Positions 45,832 through 55,349 of a stretch of 64,000 nucleotides of DNA are shown piece by piece. The translations under genes and the position numbers were made by a program. Positions within the stretch are counted from its first letter, which is position 1. Every line of letters begins with the position of its first letter. Origin of the DNA: Candidatus Latescibacterota bacterium (GTDB taxonomy: Bacteria > Latescibacterota > UBA2968 > UBA8231); contig OZ241867.1 in assembly GCA_965203175.1 (NCBI GenBank), positions 2,368,001-2,432,000 of the forward strand. Direction: 5' to 3'. The notes beneath the pieces are model-generated. The model was not told the origin of the DNA, searched no databases, and saw nothing but the letters and a program-made list of their open reading frames with translations.

Positions 45832-46950
45832 ATGCCAACGCGCGAGATGGTGGATCATTTTGTGACACCTGCGAAGGCCAATGTGCCGGTAGAGTTGGCG
45901 AGGATTATGTGTAATAATGCACAGTCGGCGTTTGATCCCGAGATCGGATGGGTGGTTTGCGATGGGTTTCGCGGTGGTGGCGTAGATGATTCGCGCGGGT
46001 TTTACGCGTACGAGAAAGACGGTGCGCGGCAGGCGGTCAATTACGCGGATCGCCCGTGTCGCATCCATACGTATGGAAATAGCTTTACGCATTGCGATCA
46101 GGTTAGCAATGGGGAGACATGGCAGGAGTATTTGGCCGCGCATCTGTTGGAGCCCGTTCGCAATTACGGCATTGGCGGGCACAGTGTGTATCAGGCGTAT
46201 CGGCGAATGTTAATTGTGGAGAGGGAATACCCCGCCGAATACGTGATTTTGAACGTGTGGGACGACGATCACTTTCGCAATTTGGATGCGTGGCGGTCCA
46301 TTCGCATGGGACGACAGGGGCGGTTTACGCTGCCGCATTTGTGCGTGAATCTGGAAAGCGGAACCGTGGAAGAGCGCGAGAATTTGTGTAAGACTCCCGA
46401 AGACCTCTATCGGTTATGCGATGCGGATTGGGTGTGGGAGACTTTTGGCGACGATCCGATTTTGCACGCGGTTATGGCGCGCAAGGGCAGTGTGGAAGAT
46501 GCGTCGGCAATGGCACAGAGTATGGGGGGAGAACTCGAGAATGCGGGGTCAGATACCGAGGTTTACAGTCTGCATACCGAAGCGGCTTTGTTTGCAACGC
46601 GGTTTGTAATTGAAAAGGCCGAGGCGTTTACAAAGGCCAAGGGAAAAAAGCTGCTGGTAATTCTGTCATTTGGTTCGCACAATGTAGCAAATGCCCTGAA
46701 GGGCGAGCCGCTTTTTGACCAGACGTTTTTGGATTGGTTGGCGACAAAGGACATACCGATGATCGATTTGCGCGATGCTTTTCGGGAAGAATACGCGACA
46801 TATCGAGGGGATGTACAGACGTTTTTGGCACCGTATTACATAGGGCATCACACGCCGCGCGGAAATTTCTTCTTTGCTTGGGCGATAAAAGATCGAATTG
46901 TAGAATGGCTCGATCCAAAACCATTGCCCTATCAAATAGCGTCGGCTTGA
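45832..46950 (+). CDS. SGNH/GDSL hydrolase-like protein
   Basis: YGNSFT, NYGIGGHSVYQA and GHHTPRGN motifs. Confidence 0.7.
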   Translation: MPTREMVDHFVTPAKANVPVELARIMCNNAQSAFDPEIGWVVCDGFRGGGVDDSRGFYAYEKDGARQAVNYADRPCRIHTYGNSFTHCDQVSNGETWQEYLAAHLLEPVRNYGIGGHSVYQAYRRMLIVEREYPAEYVILNVWDDDHFRNLDAWRSIRMGRQGRFTLPHLCVNLESGTVEERENLCKTPEDLYRLCDADWVWETFGDDPILHAVMARKGSVEDASAMAQSMGGELENAGSDTEVYSLHTEAALFATRFVIEKAEAFTKAKGKKLLVILSFGSHNVANALKGEPLFDQTFLDWLATKDIPMIDLRDAFREEYATYRGDVQTFLAPYYIGHHTPRGNFFFAWAIKDRIVEWLDPKPLPYQIASA

Positions 46951-47015
46951 GCTCGGATCGGTCCGGGCGGCGATGATCCTCCCGTTTCAGGAAATGCACA
47001 TTGCAGCAGATATCT

Positions 47016-48068
47016 CTATCTCACTAGCTGCCAACCCGATGCGTCAGCGGTCAGTGCGGCGTGCCCCTTATACTGGTCGTATACCTCGTGCATCTCCTCG
47101 ATCGCGTCGAAGTAACCCACGATGTGGGCAGCACTGAAGGAGTCTCCCGCTTTCACAGGCTTGCCGTGGATTTCTTCAATCATGACGATGATGTCTCCGG
47201 GCCGCTGGCTGCACCACGCTTCATAGACTACAGATGGTTCGAGTGTTAGCCCCGCCAGCCAAGGACCTTCTTCACCCGTCTGCTTGTCTCGCAAATGGTA
47301 TGCGCGAATAAAATGCGCCGGGGTTCTGTTCAAGTCGCGGCGATAGCCGAACTTTAGATCCGGCGGAAATGGGGTGAAGAATTCACTGGACGGGATGCGC
47401 ACTCCATTGGGACCGCTCAGATAGCTGAGATAAATCTCGCTGAACGTATCGCCTTTTTCATGGCGGATACAGCCCGGCATGTCGCTGCGGAGGAACATCT
47501 CGGGCGAATCGTTGACACTGTCGATGCTGTCCATTAAAACAAAGAAGCGTTCCCCTCTGGGGAATACAATCCGCTGGGTCCAGCGCGATCCGGTTTTGCG
47601 ACTAGGGGCGGCATATTCGTACTGATATGTGGTTGTGACCGCAATAAAATTTGCCCCGTGGATCACGTCCGGTTGGACGGGTTTCATTCTGTGGCAGAGT
47701 TGTGGTCCCTCGACCATGCGCTTGCGATGGCTGCTGCCGTGAGACATGCGCGTATAGTACTGCCGGTCCGGCTCGGTCTCGTTTTCGTACCAAGAGTATC
47801 TGCCAACACCGTCCCCGTCCGGCGCAATCACCTGATCGCCGTAGTCCTCGTCGCTGCCCGCCTCCATGAGCCAGTCAATGACCATCAAGCCATCGCCGAT
47901 TTCTCGGAAGCCGGTGGCTTTGTCGAGAAACGATCCCTTTTCGATTCCGGTCATCCAGTGTTTAGGGTTCTTTTTGGGAATGATAGCTGCAAGTTTGTCG
48001 GTTTCGATTTTGATTGCTAGGTCGCTCTCTTCCACGCTCGCCCATGCGGTGTTTTGCATAGAATTCAT
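47016..48068 (-). CDS. Hypothetical protein (350 aa)
   Basis: Long ORF immediately downstream of the hydrolase gene on the same strand; no family recognised. Confidence 0.75.
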   Translation of the reverse strand: MNSMQNTAWASVEESDLAIKIETDKLAAIIPKKNPKHWMTGIEKGSFLDKATGFREIGDGLMVIDWLMEAGSDEDYGDQVIAPDGDGVGRYSWYENETEPDRQYYTRMSHGSSHRKRMVEGPQLCHRMKPVQPDVIHGANFIAVTTTYQYEYAAPSRKTGSRWTQRIVFPRGERFFVLMDSIDSVNDSPEMFLRSDMPGCIRHEKGDTFSEIYLSYLSGPNGVRIPSSEFFTPFPPDLKFGYRRDLNRTPAHFIRAYHLRDKQTGEEGPWLAGLTLEPSVVYEAWCSQRPGDIIVMIEEIHGKPVKAGDSFSAAHIVGYFDAIEEMHEVYDQYKGHAALTADASGWQLVR

Positions 48069-48074
48069 CCTGTA

Positions 48075-49679
48075 TCAGGCCGGTGATTGCCAGTTGTTGC
48101 CCCAAAAGCCCCAGTTCAGCACCTCGCCCTCTGAATACACTAGGTAGTCCGGCAGCAATTGCATGTCGAGGTGACTGCCCCAGCAAATGGCGTCTGGCGC
48201 AATGCCGCCGTGGACGGCGACGTAGCGCCGTGGGTTGTGGGGGTGGGGGAAAACGGCGCAGACAGCGGTGCGCTCGCCGCGGTAGAGGTTGTCGGCCAAG
48301 CGGATGGCGTCGCCTTCGAAGCCCAGCGGGAGCTGACCTTCGAACTGCCTCAACACGGCGTTGGTGGATGGGGTGCCGTAGAGCAACAGGTTGTTGCCGT
48401 CGCGGTCGTCGTCCCGCAGATCCACATCTCTGACGACGGGCAGATCCACGGTATTCTCGCCCATGATGCCGCCACGGTGAACGCCGCCGTTGCGACTGCT
48501 GAAGTACCCAGTAGCATGGCTAGCTACCCAGTCGTTGTAGAAACTTTCTTCCTCCGAGCCGGATGTCCCGGGCACCAGCAGTAGGCCGTTGTAGAACAGA
48601 TCGCCGATGGGGCCGGAGGACTGGTGCCGTTTCTCGGCTCTGAGGGCGAAAGTGCCCGGTTCCCAAGTGCCGCTCTGGTGGCGACGAAAGGATTGGCGGC
48701 GGCCCAGGTCGAGGCGGCCTAGGGCTTGGCCGTCGAGGATTACTTCTAGGGTAGTACCCTCTTTGATAGGGCCCAGGGAAAGAGTGTAGACGCCCTCTGT
48801 CCGCACGGTCAGGCGTTTTCCTTCCCGGTGGGCATCCACCTTCCCGGACGCTCCGTAGTGGACGAGTTGGTCTATTTCCACCCAGTACGAGCGATTGTGG
48901 CGCAGGCCCCAAGTGACCAGAGATACATGGGAGGGGGAATCCTGTTTGCGCTGGTTCAGCAGCCAGGGAATCACTTGCTTCCAGATATCCGGCGTGCGGC
49001 AGCCGTGGCCGGTGCGGGGCACTTCGGTGTAGATGTGGGCAATGCCTTTTTCCGCCAGCAGGCCGGCCATCTGACGCGAGTGTGCCACGGGCACGCCGCC
49101 GCCCACGGCCCGGTCCCATTCTCCGTGGACGATCCACAGGGGCGTATGCCGCAGGTTCTCCACTAGGAAGGCGGCCGAGCGCGATTGCCAGGAGGGTTCC
49201 TCCCAGGGGTGCATGTGGAAGGTCAGGCCGCCGGGCTTCTCCCACAGGCGATAGTCGCAATAGCCGCAGAAGGGCGCGGCGGCGGCGAAAAGGTCGGGGT
49301 AATGGGAAGTCAGGTACCAGACGGCGGCACCGCCCATGGACGAGCCAGTGATACTGATGCGTGCCCGATCAATGGCATAGTGAGCGGTCACATGCTTGAT
49401 GGCCTCTAGGACATCGACCTCGCCGTAGTTCTGGTACACGGAGCCGGGGCCTCGCCCGGTGGGCCGCAGGACCACACAGGAGTGGCCCTCGGCCGCGGCA
49501 ATGGCGGCCATTTCCTCGGTTAGGGCAACGGCACCCGGCAGGTGGTGCAGGGCACCGGGACTGACCTCGATAATCAGGGGTTTGGGGTCGGGACCAGTAT
49601 CAGTGGCGCAGACGGCGCAGGGGTGGAGCTGGCCGTCGACGGACGAGCGAAAGTACTGGAGTTGGCCGATGGGCTTCAT
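48075..49679 (-). CDS. Alpha/beta hydrolase (esterase/prolyl oligopeptidase-like)
   Basis: GSSMGG nucleophile elbow, HGEWD, GH. Confidence 0.85.
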   Translation of the reverse strand: MKPIGQLQYFRSSVDGQLHPCAVCATDTGPDPKPLIIEVSPGALHHLPGAVALTEEMAAIAAAEGHSCVVLRPTGRGPGSVYQNYGEVDVLEAIKHVTAHYAIDRARISITGSSMGGAAVWYLTSHYPDLFAAAAPFCGYCDYRLWEKPGGLTFHMHPWEEPSWQSRSAAFLVENLRHTPLWIVHGEWDRAVGGGVPVAHSRQMAGLLAEKGIAHIYTEVPRTGHGCRTPDIWKQVIPWLLNQRKQDSPSHVSLVTWGLRHNRSYWVEIDQLVHYGASGKVDAHREGKRLTVRTEGVYTLSLGPIKEGTTLEVILDGQALGRLDLGRRQSFRRHQSGTWEPGTFALRAEKRHQSSGPIGDLFYNGLLLVPGTSGSEEESFYNDWVASHATGYFSSRNGGVHRGGIMGENTVDLPVVRDVDLRDDDRDGNNLLLYGTPSTNAVLRQFEGQLPLGFEGDAIRLADNLYRGERTAVCAVFPHPHNPRRYVAVHGGIAPDAICWGSHLDMQLLPDYLVYSEGEVLNWGFWGNNWQSPA

Positions 49680-49682
49680 TAT

Positions 49683-51305
49683 TCAAAACGCCCGGCTGAA
49701 GCGCAGGGACACATCGAGGTCGCGCGTCTGGTTGGAGACAGGGCGGGCAATATAGAGGCGGAAATAATCCCTGTGCAGCCCTAGGCCGCCGCTAACTTGC
49801 AGATCGAAGTCGGCCTCGTCCGCCAGCCAAGCCGAACCAGCATCGGCGAAAAAGCCCACATTTACCCGATCCCTTTGCATCCAGTGCTCAGCGTTGAACA
49901 GCACCATTCTATCGCCGCTGAACTCCTTGAAGCCATAGCCGCGCAAAGAGGAAAAACCGCCCAAGTTAAAGTGGTACTGTCGCGGTACTGATCCAGTGGC
50001 TCGTCCTAAACGCATGCGCAGATCAAGGCGACTGCCTTGGCTCACAGGCTGGTAGCGCCGAACATCGAGGATATAGCGCGCAAAGTCTCGGTCCCCGCCC
50101 CAAGTTCCTCCGGCCCGTTCGCCAAGGCCATTGACAAACCAGCCGCGCCGGGGGCTATGGCGGCTATCGCGACTGTCCCAGCGCAGTTCGGCCCGCAGGC
50201 TTTTGTAGCGTTCCTCGTCAATGGCTGGATTGGGGCGGAAACGGTTCCGGCCCAAGCGACCCAACAAGGCCCACTGGACGCTGTTTTCTAAGGAAGAGAA
50301 ATCGTCTTGAGTATAGCGGACGGTCAAGCGCAGGTCGGGGCCCAAGCCCTGCACCGCATATGCGCTGAAACCCGTGCGGCGATAGTAATCGCGGAAATCG
50401 CGCCGGAACAGCACGGCATCCAGCGAATTTTCCTCGGTCGATAATAGCCAGTGATCTTGGGTATCAGTCAGATCGTGTAACTCGGCACCTAAACGCGCGA
50501 CGTACGGCCCCGAGTTCCGCTCCACCGCCAACCACTCGGCCCCCAACTGGTAATGCCAGTAGTCGCTGCCCAAGCCCCGCCCCAACTCGCCGTATTGCAC
50601 CAAGCGGGAAAAGTCGTTGAAAGGAATTCGAGGACGCCAGCCCAGATAGAGGCCGTCCACTTTATTGTACTGGGCGACCAATCCCTCTGGCTGCCATTCC
50701 AGCAACTTGTGGCCTCTGTTCCACTGGCCTTGCCAGCCGGCGAAACCGCTGGTCTCTAAGTCGTGGGGGTCCTGCCAGCCGGCGAAACCGCCGGTCTCTA
50801 AGTCGCGGGGATATTGCAGAGCCCGGGCGATCAAGCGCTCCAAGCGGCCCTCGAAACGCACCAAGATTAAGTCTGCGTCGCTGAGGACGACGAGGTGCAT
50901 TTGATCTACTGTCTGACCGCGGATGTGGTAGAGCAGCCAAGCTACTTCTTGGCCATCGCGTACTTTGAGGGCTACTTCCCAATTTTTGCGCGTCAACAAT
51001 TCTTGGACCCGGGGCGATACTCTCCAATCCTGCCGGAAAGGAGTGTGGCGGGCCGTGTACACACCCACTTTGACCGCGTGGATTTCGCTCAGCATACCGC
51101 GTACTCTCCAGCTCGGAGGCACGAAAAAGGTTACCAAGCGAGCAAAACCCACACTCATAGGGCCAAAACTCATTTCAATTTCCCGCTCGTATTGGACCTC
51201 GGGTAGTTCCCGCTCTATGTCCCGGCGCAACTGGCCCAAGTCCGCAGCGCGGAAGCAACTAGTCAGACTCAGCGCAATGATCGCATACAAGGTCAATTTG
51301 GTCAT
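49683..51305 (-). CDS. Lipoprotein with a DUF4252-like N-domain fused to an Omp85/BamA-TamA-like beta-barrel
   Basis: Lipobox LTSC; DSRDS...PRRGW, LGGFSSLRGY, FADAG; C-terminal Phe. Confidence 0.75.
   Translation of the reverse strand: MTKLTLYAIIALSLTSCFRAADLGQLRRDIERELPEVQYEREIEMSFGPMSVGFARLVTFFVPPSWRVRGMLSEIHAVKVGVYTARHTPFRQDWRVSPRVQELLTRKNWEVALKVRDGQEVAWLLYHIRGQTVDQMHLVVLSDADLILVRFEGRLERLIARALQYPRDLETGGFAGWQDPHDLETSGFAGWQGQWNRGHKLLEWQPEGLVAQYNKVDGLYLGWRPRIPFNDFSRLVQYGELGRGLGSDYWHYQLGAEWLAVERNSGPYVARLGAELHDLTDTQDHWLLSTEENSLDAVLFRRDFRDYYRRTGFSAYAVQGLGPDLRLTVRYTQDDFSSLENSVQWALLGRLGRNRFRPNPAIDEERYKSLRAELRWDSRDSRHSPRRGWFVNGLGERAGGTWGGDRDFARYILDVRRYQPVSQGSRLDLRMRLGRATGSVPRQYHFNLGGFSSLRGYGFKEFSGDRMVLFNAEHWMQRDRVNVGFFADAGSAWLADEADFDLQVSGGLGLHRDYFRLYIARPVSNQTRDLDVSLRFSRAF
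50731..50810. repeat. In-frame 42-bp tandem duplication at the domain junction
   Basis: Encodes DLETGGFAGWQDPH-DLETSGFAGWQ. Confidence 0.9.
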
Positions 51306-51307
51306 GG

Positions 51308-51895
51308 CTAGTCTTTCCGCGGCGCTTTAGGGGGAGCCGCCCCAAAGTCAATGCTGTCCAAAGACTCTATGTCGAACTTGCGGCCAATGCGCCCCACCTG
51401 GGCTAGGTCAAGGGGGCCGACAATATTGATGAAGACAAATTCGTCGGGATCTCCAGCCAAGACCAAAAGTCCGACGATAGTTTCACCCTCGGTGCGCACG
51501 TAGAACTGCACCCGCTGATCCCGTTCGCGCACCTGCACCACTCGCTCCCAGTCGGGCAAGGTGAGGGCTTTGAGCCGTTCGGCGATGCTCTCGTAATCGT
51601 ACGACGTGTCTAGGTCTCGACCCTCCGCCTTTTGGTAAGCTTGGACGCGGATGAGGGACAGGGACTCCAGCATATCGGCTAGGTCTGGGTCTTCAAAGCG
51701 AGTAGCCGCAGCCACCAACTCGAGGAGCGGGTCTTTCAGGTAGATCTCGATGGAGGTTTCCGGCTCGGGGCCATCGAATAAGTCTAAGGAGGAGAAATCG
51801 ATGTACCCGGGTTGCTTTTCTAGCGGCGGGGAGGCCCAAGCGCTAGTGGGACTGACGGCAACGGCAAAGAGAAGCAGAGCGTAAAAAAAGAACAT
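51308..51895 (-). CDS. DUF4252 family secreted protein
   Basis: Signal peptide; WERVVQVRE, FVFINIVGPLDL. GAGGAG RBS before ATG 51895. Confidence 0.8.
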   Translation of the reverse strand: MFFFYALLLFAVAVSPTSAWASPPLEKQPGYIDFSSLDLFDGPEPETSIEIYLKDPLLELVAAATRFEDPDLADMLESLSLIRVQAYQKAEGRDLDTSYDYESIAERLKALTLPDWERVVQVRERDQRVQFYVRTEGETIVGLLVLAGDPDEFVFINIVGPLDLAQVGRIGRKFDIESLDSIDFGAAPPKAPRKD

Positions 51896-51906
51896 GGCAA
51901 AACTCC

Positions 51907-52428
51907 TCACATGGTTTGGACGGGTAGGATAGTGTCTAGGTTAAGACGCAACGGCTGGACTAGGTGCGGCTGAATCACGTCATCGCGCACTCTGGTGCCC
52001 ATACGGCTGTTCAGGTCGCCCAAATAGGCTAGGGTCCACTCTACTTGGCGGCGAGCTTGGGTAATTTCTTGGGGACTAAAGGCGGGTGGAACAGGCTCTG
52101 GGTCGAATAGGTGATAGCCGGCGATTAAGGCTAAGACGGCTGCGGCTGCATAGGCCCAGCCCCATCGTCGCACCGCGACGTGCAAGCGTTGCCGACGCGC
52201 CTGGCGGATCCGGGTCTGGAGAGCTTGGGAGACCGCGTCGGGGCAGGTGAGCGAGGGTAGGGCGCGTAGCGCGCCGACCAATCGACGGGCGTCTTCTAGC
52301 TCGGCGGCACAGGCCGCGCAAGTCGCTGCATGGGCTTCAAGTCGGGTCTGCTCAGCAGGCGTCAACTCGCCGTCGATATAGGCTTCGATCCGCTCTTGGG
52401 TCCAGGAGCAAGGGGAAGTTGAAGGCAT
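51907..52428 (-). CDS. Anti-sigma factor (zf-HC2) with a TM segment
   Basis: YIDGEL...HAATCAAC and one TM helix. Confidence 0.9.
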   Translation of the reverse strand: MPSTSPCSWTQERIEAYIDGELTPAEQTRLEAHAATCAACAAELEDARRLVGALRALPSLTCPDAVSQALQTRIRQARRQRLHVAVRRWGWAYAAAAVLALIAGYHLFDPEPVPPAFSPQEITQARRQVEWTLAYLGDLNSRMGTRVRDDVIQPHLVQPLRLNLDTILPVQTM

Positions 52429-52431
52429 GGT

Positions 52432-52914
52432 CTATTCCTGTAAAAGGGCGCGCAGGCGTCTCCGTCCGCGGTGGAGATATACTTTGACCGTATTAAGAGG
52501 CAACTTTAGGCTCTGGCTGATCTCGCGGTAGGAGAGGTCTTGGATTTCCCGCATGATGACGATTTCCCGCAGGGGGTTTTCCAGCCGGGTAAGGGCCGCC
52601 TCCAGTTGTCGCCGCAGGTCCACATCGCCCGCCGCGACAGCCGGAGTGCGCTGTAGGACCGGCTCGGGGTCTTGGGTGCTGACTACTGAGCGATAGCGAT
52701 GCCGTTGGCGCAAGGCGTCCAAGCAGGCATTGCGCGCGACTCGGGTCAACCAAGCCGCCACACTTTCGTCGTCCATGCGGAGGCCGTGGTGCCACAGGCG
52801 GAATAGAACTTCCTGGGTAATATCCTCGGCGTCTTCGCGGTTGCCCATATAGTAGAAGGCGAATGTGTAGATGCGGTCCCGGTGCTCTTGACAGAGCCGG
52901 CGGAAACGTCCCAT
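52432..52914 (-). CDS. ECF sigma-70 factor
   Basis: DAEDITQEV, WLTRVARNACLD, SYREIS...NTVKVYLHRGR. Confidence 0.93.
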   Translation of the reverse strand: MGRFRRLCQEHRDRIYTFAFYYMGNREDAEDITQEVLFRLWHHGLRMDDESVAAWLTRVARNACLDALRQRHRYRSVVSTQDPEPVLQRTPAVAAGDVDLRRQLEAALTRLENPLREIVIMREIQDLSYREISQSLKLPLNTVKVYLHRGRRRLRALLQE

Positions 52915-52967
52915 AGCGGCTTTTCCATTGTCTTTCGCCTATACTAACGACGGCAATGGGAAAAAAG

Positions 52968-54287
52968 TTACAAGAGCCGCCCTTCTTTTTGCAGAATATC
53001 CCCGGCAATCGCGTAGGTCGTCCCGTGCATGGCAATGACGACGAGTCCGATCCCGGCCGCGAGATAGCCGCCGAGGTACAAGTTGGGGATGTCAATCGAC
53101 TCGTAGTTGTGGGCGTGGGTTTGTACTTGATCGACTTGGAAGCGGTAGTTGTCGCGCATGGGCGCGAGGGTCAGCGGCGCAAGGCCCTGTAAGATCGAAT
53201 AGTCGGCCGTGCCGCCGATTTCTTTGATTACGTGATCGACTTCCACCACTTGGTTTCCTTCGGGCGTTTTCAGCCCGACCTGTCCGTCCTCGGCGATCTG
53301 CGTCACTTGGGTGTGATACAAGGTTTTGAGCCGGGGCGAGCGGCTTTCGAGGATTTCGGCGATGCGATGGTAATAGGGCAGCCCGTGGCGGCTGTCGTTG
53401 ATGAGTTGCCAATGGACTGCTGGCCCTTGGCGCATGGCGTAGTACACTTGCTTGCCGGCGTCGTGCAATTCGGTGGCGGCCCAATCACCCGAGCGCCCGC
53501 CGCCGACGACGAGCACCCGCTCGCCGGGAAAGTCTGCGGGCTTGTCGTAGTGAGCGGTGACAAAAGGCCAGTCCTCGCCCTCCACCCCGAGGGAGCGCAA
53601 CTGAGCGCGCTGGCCGGTTGCGAGGACCAAGTACTTACAGGTGTAGCGCTGCTCAACGCCCGTTTGCACGTGCCGACTGGTGAGCTGGAAGCCCCTTTCG
53701 TGCGGCTCAATCCGCTCGACTTCCTCAGAGGTTCGAATGCGCTCTGCTACTTCAAAGCGCTCGGGCACGCGGTGATAGTACTCGATCAGATCGGTCTTGA
53801 GGATCAGGGCGTTGACGTCTAAGGCGCTTCCGATTTCTGCGGCGTGTTGTGCCAGCGGATAAAAGGCAAACTCCATCCACTGACCCGGCGACAAGGTCAG
53901 CAGGTTGTGTGGCGCGCGGTTCCACAACCCGCCGACCGGCTCGCGGCTGATCAGCAGCGCGTCCAGCGGCTCGCCGCGCCGAAAGTCCATGGCGACTTGG
54001 TCCAGTTCCTCAAAGAGCTGGCGCGGGTGGTGTAAGGTGCGGAACAGATCGACGGGCCTGATGCCGTTTTGCACGAAATACTGCATATCCAGCCCTAGCA
54101 GGGACTTCGGCGAGCTCAGTCGAGCCGTGCGGTCGAACTGCTGTAAGTACCCGGCTAAGGGCGCGTAGCGCGTGGCAAACGTGCGGCTGTTGCGGAAGAA
54201 AGGATGCCAGCCGCCCAAGACCACGGCCAACGGCAGGCCCGCCGGCCCACCGCCGACGATGATTACGGTGTGGTGTTCTGGGTTCAT
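52968..54287 (-). CDS. FAD/NAD(P)-dependent oxidoreductase, OSGIN1/2-like
   Basis: VIIVGGGPAG, VLATG, VVGGGRSG; segments resemble my recollection of animal OSGIN1. Confidence 0.82.
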   Translation of the reverse strand: MNPEHHTVIIVGGGPAGLPLAVVLGGWHPFFRNSRTFATRYAPLAGYLQQFDRTARLSSPKSLLGLDMQYFVQNGIRPVDLFRTLHHPRQLFEELDQVAMDFRRGEPLDALLISREPVGGLWNRAPHNLLTLSPGQWMEFAFYPLAQHAAEIGSALDVNALILKTDLIEYYHRVPERFEVAERIRTSEEVERIEPHERGFQLTSRHVQTGVEQRYTCKYLVLATGQRAQLRSLGVEGEDWPFVTAHYDKPADFPGERVLVVGGGRSGDWAATELHDAGKQVYYAMRQGPAVHWQLINDSRHGLPYYHRIAEILESRSPRLKTLYHTQVTQIAEDGQVGLKTPEGNQVVEVDHVIKEIGGTADYSILQGLAPLTLAPMRDNYRFQVDQVQTHAHNYESIDIPNLYLGGYLAAGIGLVVIAMHGTTYAIAGDILQKEGRLL

Positions 54288-54447
54288 TATCTTGTAGGTT
54301 AAAAGGTGAAAGCGAAAAATTAGCCTGTTGAAACTAGTGTTTCCGCAGTGCGACCGCCACCATAGGAGGAGACGCGACTTGAGCGGTACACGTGAATTCG
54401 CTAGCATAGTAGCGCTGACCGAACTACAAAGCAGAGGAGACAGGATC

Positions 54448-55344
54448 ATGACGCCCGAACAAATTCTGCAACACCCGCCCAAGATCCTCACCCCAGAGCA
54501 GCGGCAATCCTATTTCGACAAGGGTTTCCTCTTGGTCGAAAACCTCATCGGGCTGGAGTGGATTGAGCGTTTGTTGGCCGTCACCGACGAAATGGTCGAG
54601 CGCAGTCGCGGCCTGACGCAATCTGACGAGGTCTTCGATCTAGAGCCCGACCACACGGCCGATAACCCCCGCCTGCGGCGTCTTACCAGCCCGGTGGACC
54701 AGCACCCGGTTTATTGGGAGTTCGCCTCTCAGTCGATTCTGGCTGACGTGGCCGCCGATTTGGTCGGCCCGGACATTAAGTTTCACCACTCCAAATTGAA
54801 CTTTAAGTGGTCTGAAGGAGGCGAGGAGGTCAAGTGGCATCAGGATATTACGTACTGGCCGCATACCAATTACAGTCCCTTGACCATCGGCACGTACCTC
54901 TACGATGTCGATGACGACCAAGGGCCTTTGGCTGGGGTCGCCGGCAGCCACAACGGGCCGTTGTTCGATCAGTACAATGACTCGGGACAATGGGTCGGCT
55001 GTATCGCCGATCAGGATCTGCCCCAGGTTGACCTCAGTCGCGTTGAATTTATGACGGGGCCGGCTGGGTCCATCACCATCCATAATTGCCGTACCGTGCA
55101 TGGGTCTAAGAAAAATTTATCGCCCAAGGGACGGCCCTTGTTGCTCAATATCTATTCGGCAGCCGACGCCTTTCCCTATACGGCCAATCCCTTGAACAGC
55201 CCGCAGTACTCGGGATCTATTGTGCGGGGCAAAGAGGCGCGCTGGGCCTATCACGACCCGCGGCCTTGTCTCATTCCGCCGGATTGGTCGGGGGGATATA
55301 CGTCTTTGTATGCGCTGCAGCAGGAAGAGGAGTGGGAGGCATAA
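54448..55344 (+). CDS. PhyH family dioxygenase
   Basis: WHQD, GSH and HNCRTVHGS motifs. GAGGAG RBS. Confidence 0.92.
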   Translation: MTPEQILQHPPKILTPEQRQSYFDKGFLLVENLIGLEWIERLLAVTDEMVERSRGLTQSDEVFDLEPDHTADNPRLRRLTSPVDQHPVYWEFASQSILADVAADLVGPDIKFHHSKLNFKWSEGGEEVKWHQDITYWPHTNYSPLTIGTYLYDVDDDQGPLAGVAGSHNGPLFDQYNDSGQWVGCIADQDLPQVDLSRVEFMTGPAGSITIHNCRTVHGSKKNLSPKGRPLLLNIYSAADAFPYTANPLNSPQYSGSIVRGKEARWAYHDPRPCLIPPDWSGGYTSLYALQQEEEWEA

Positions 55345-55349
55345 AGAAT

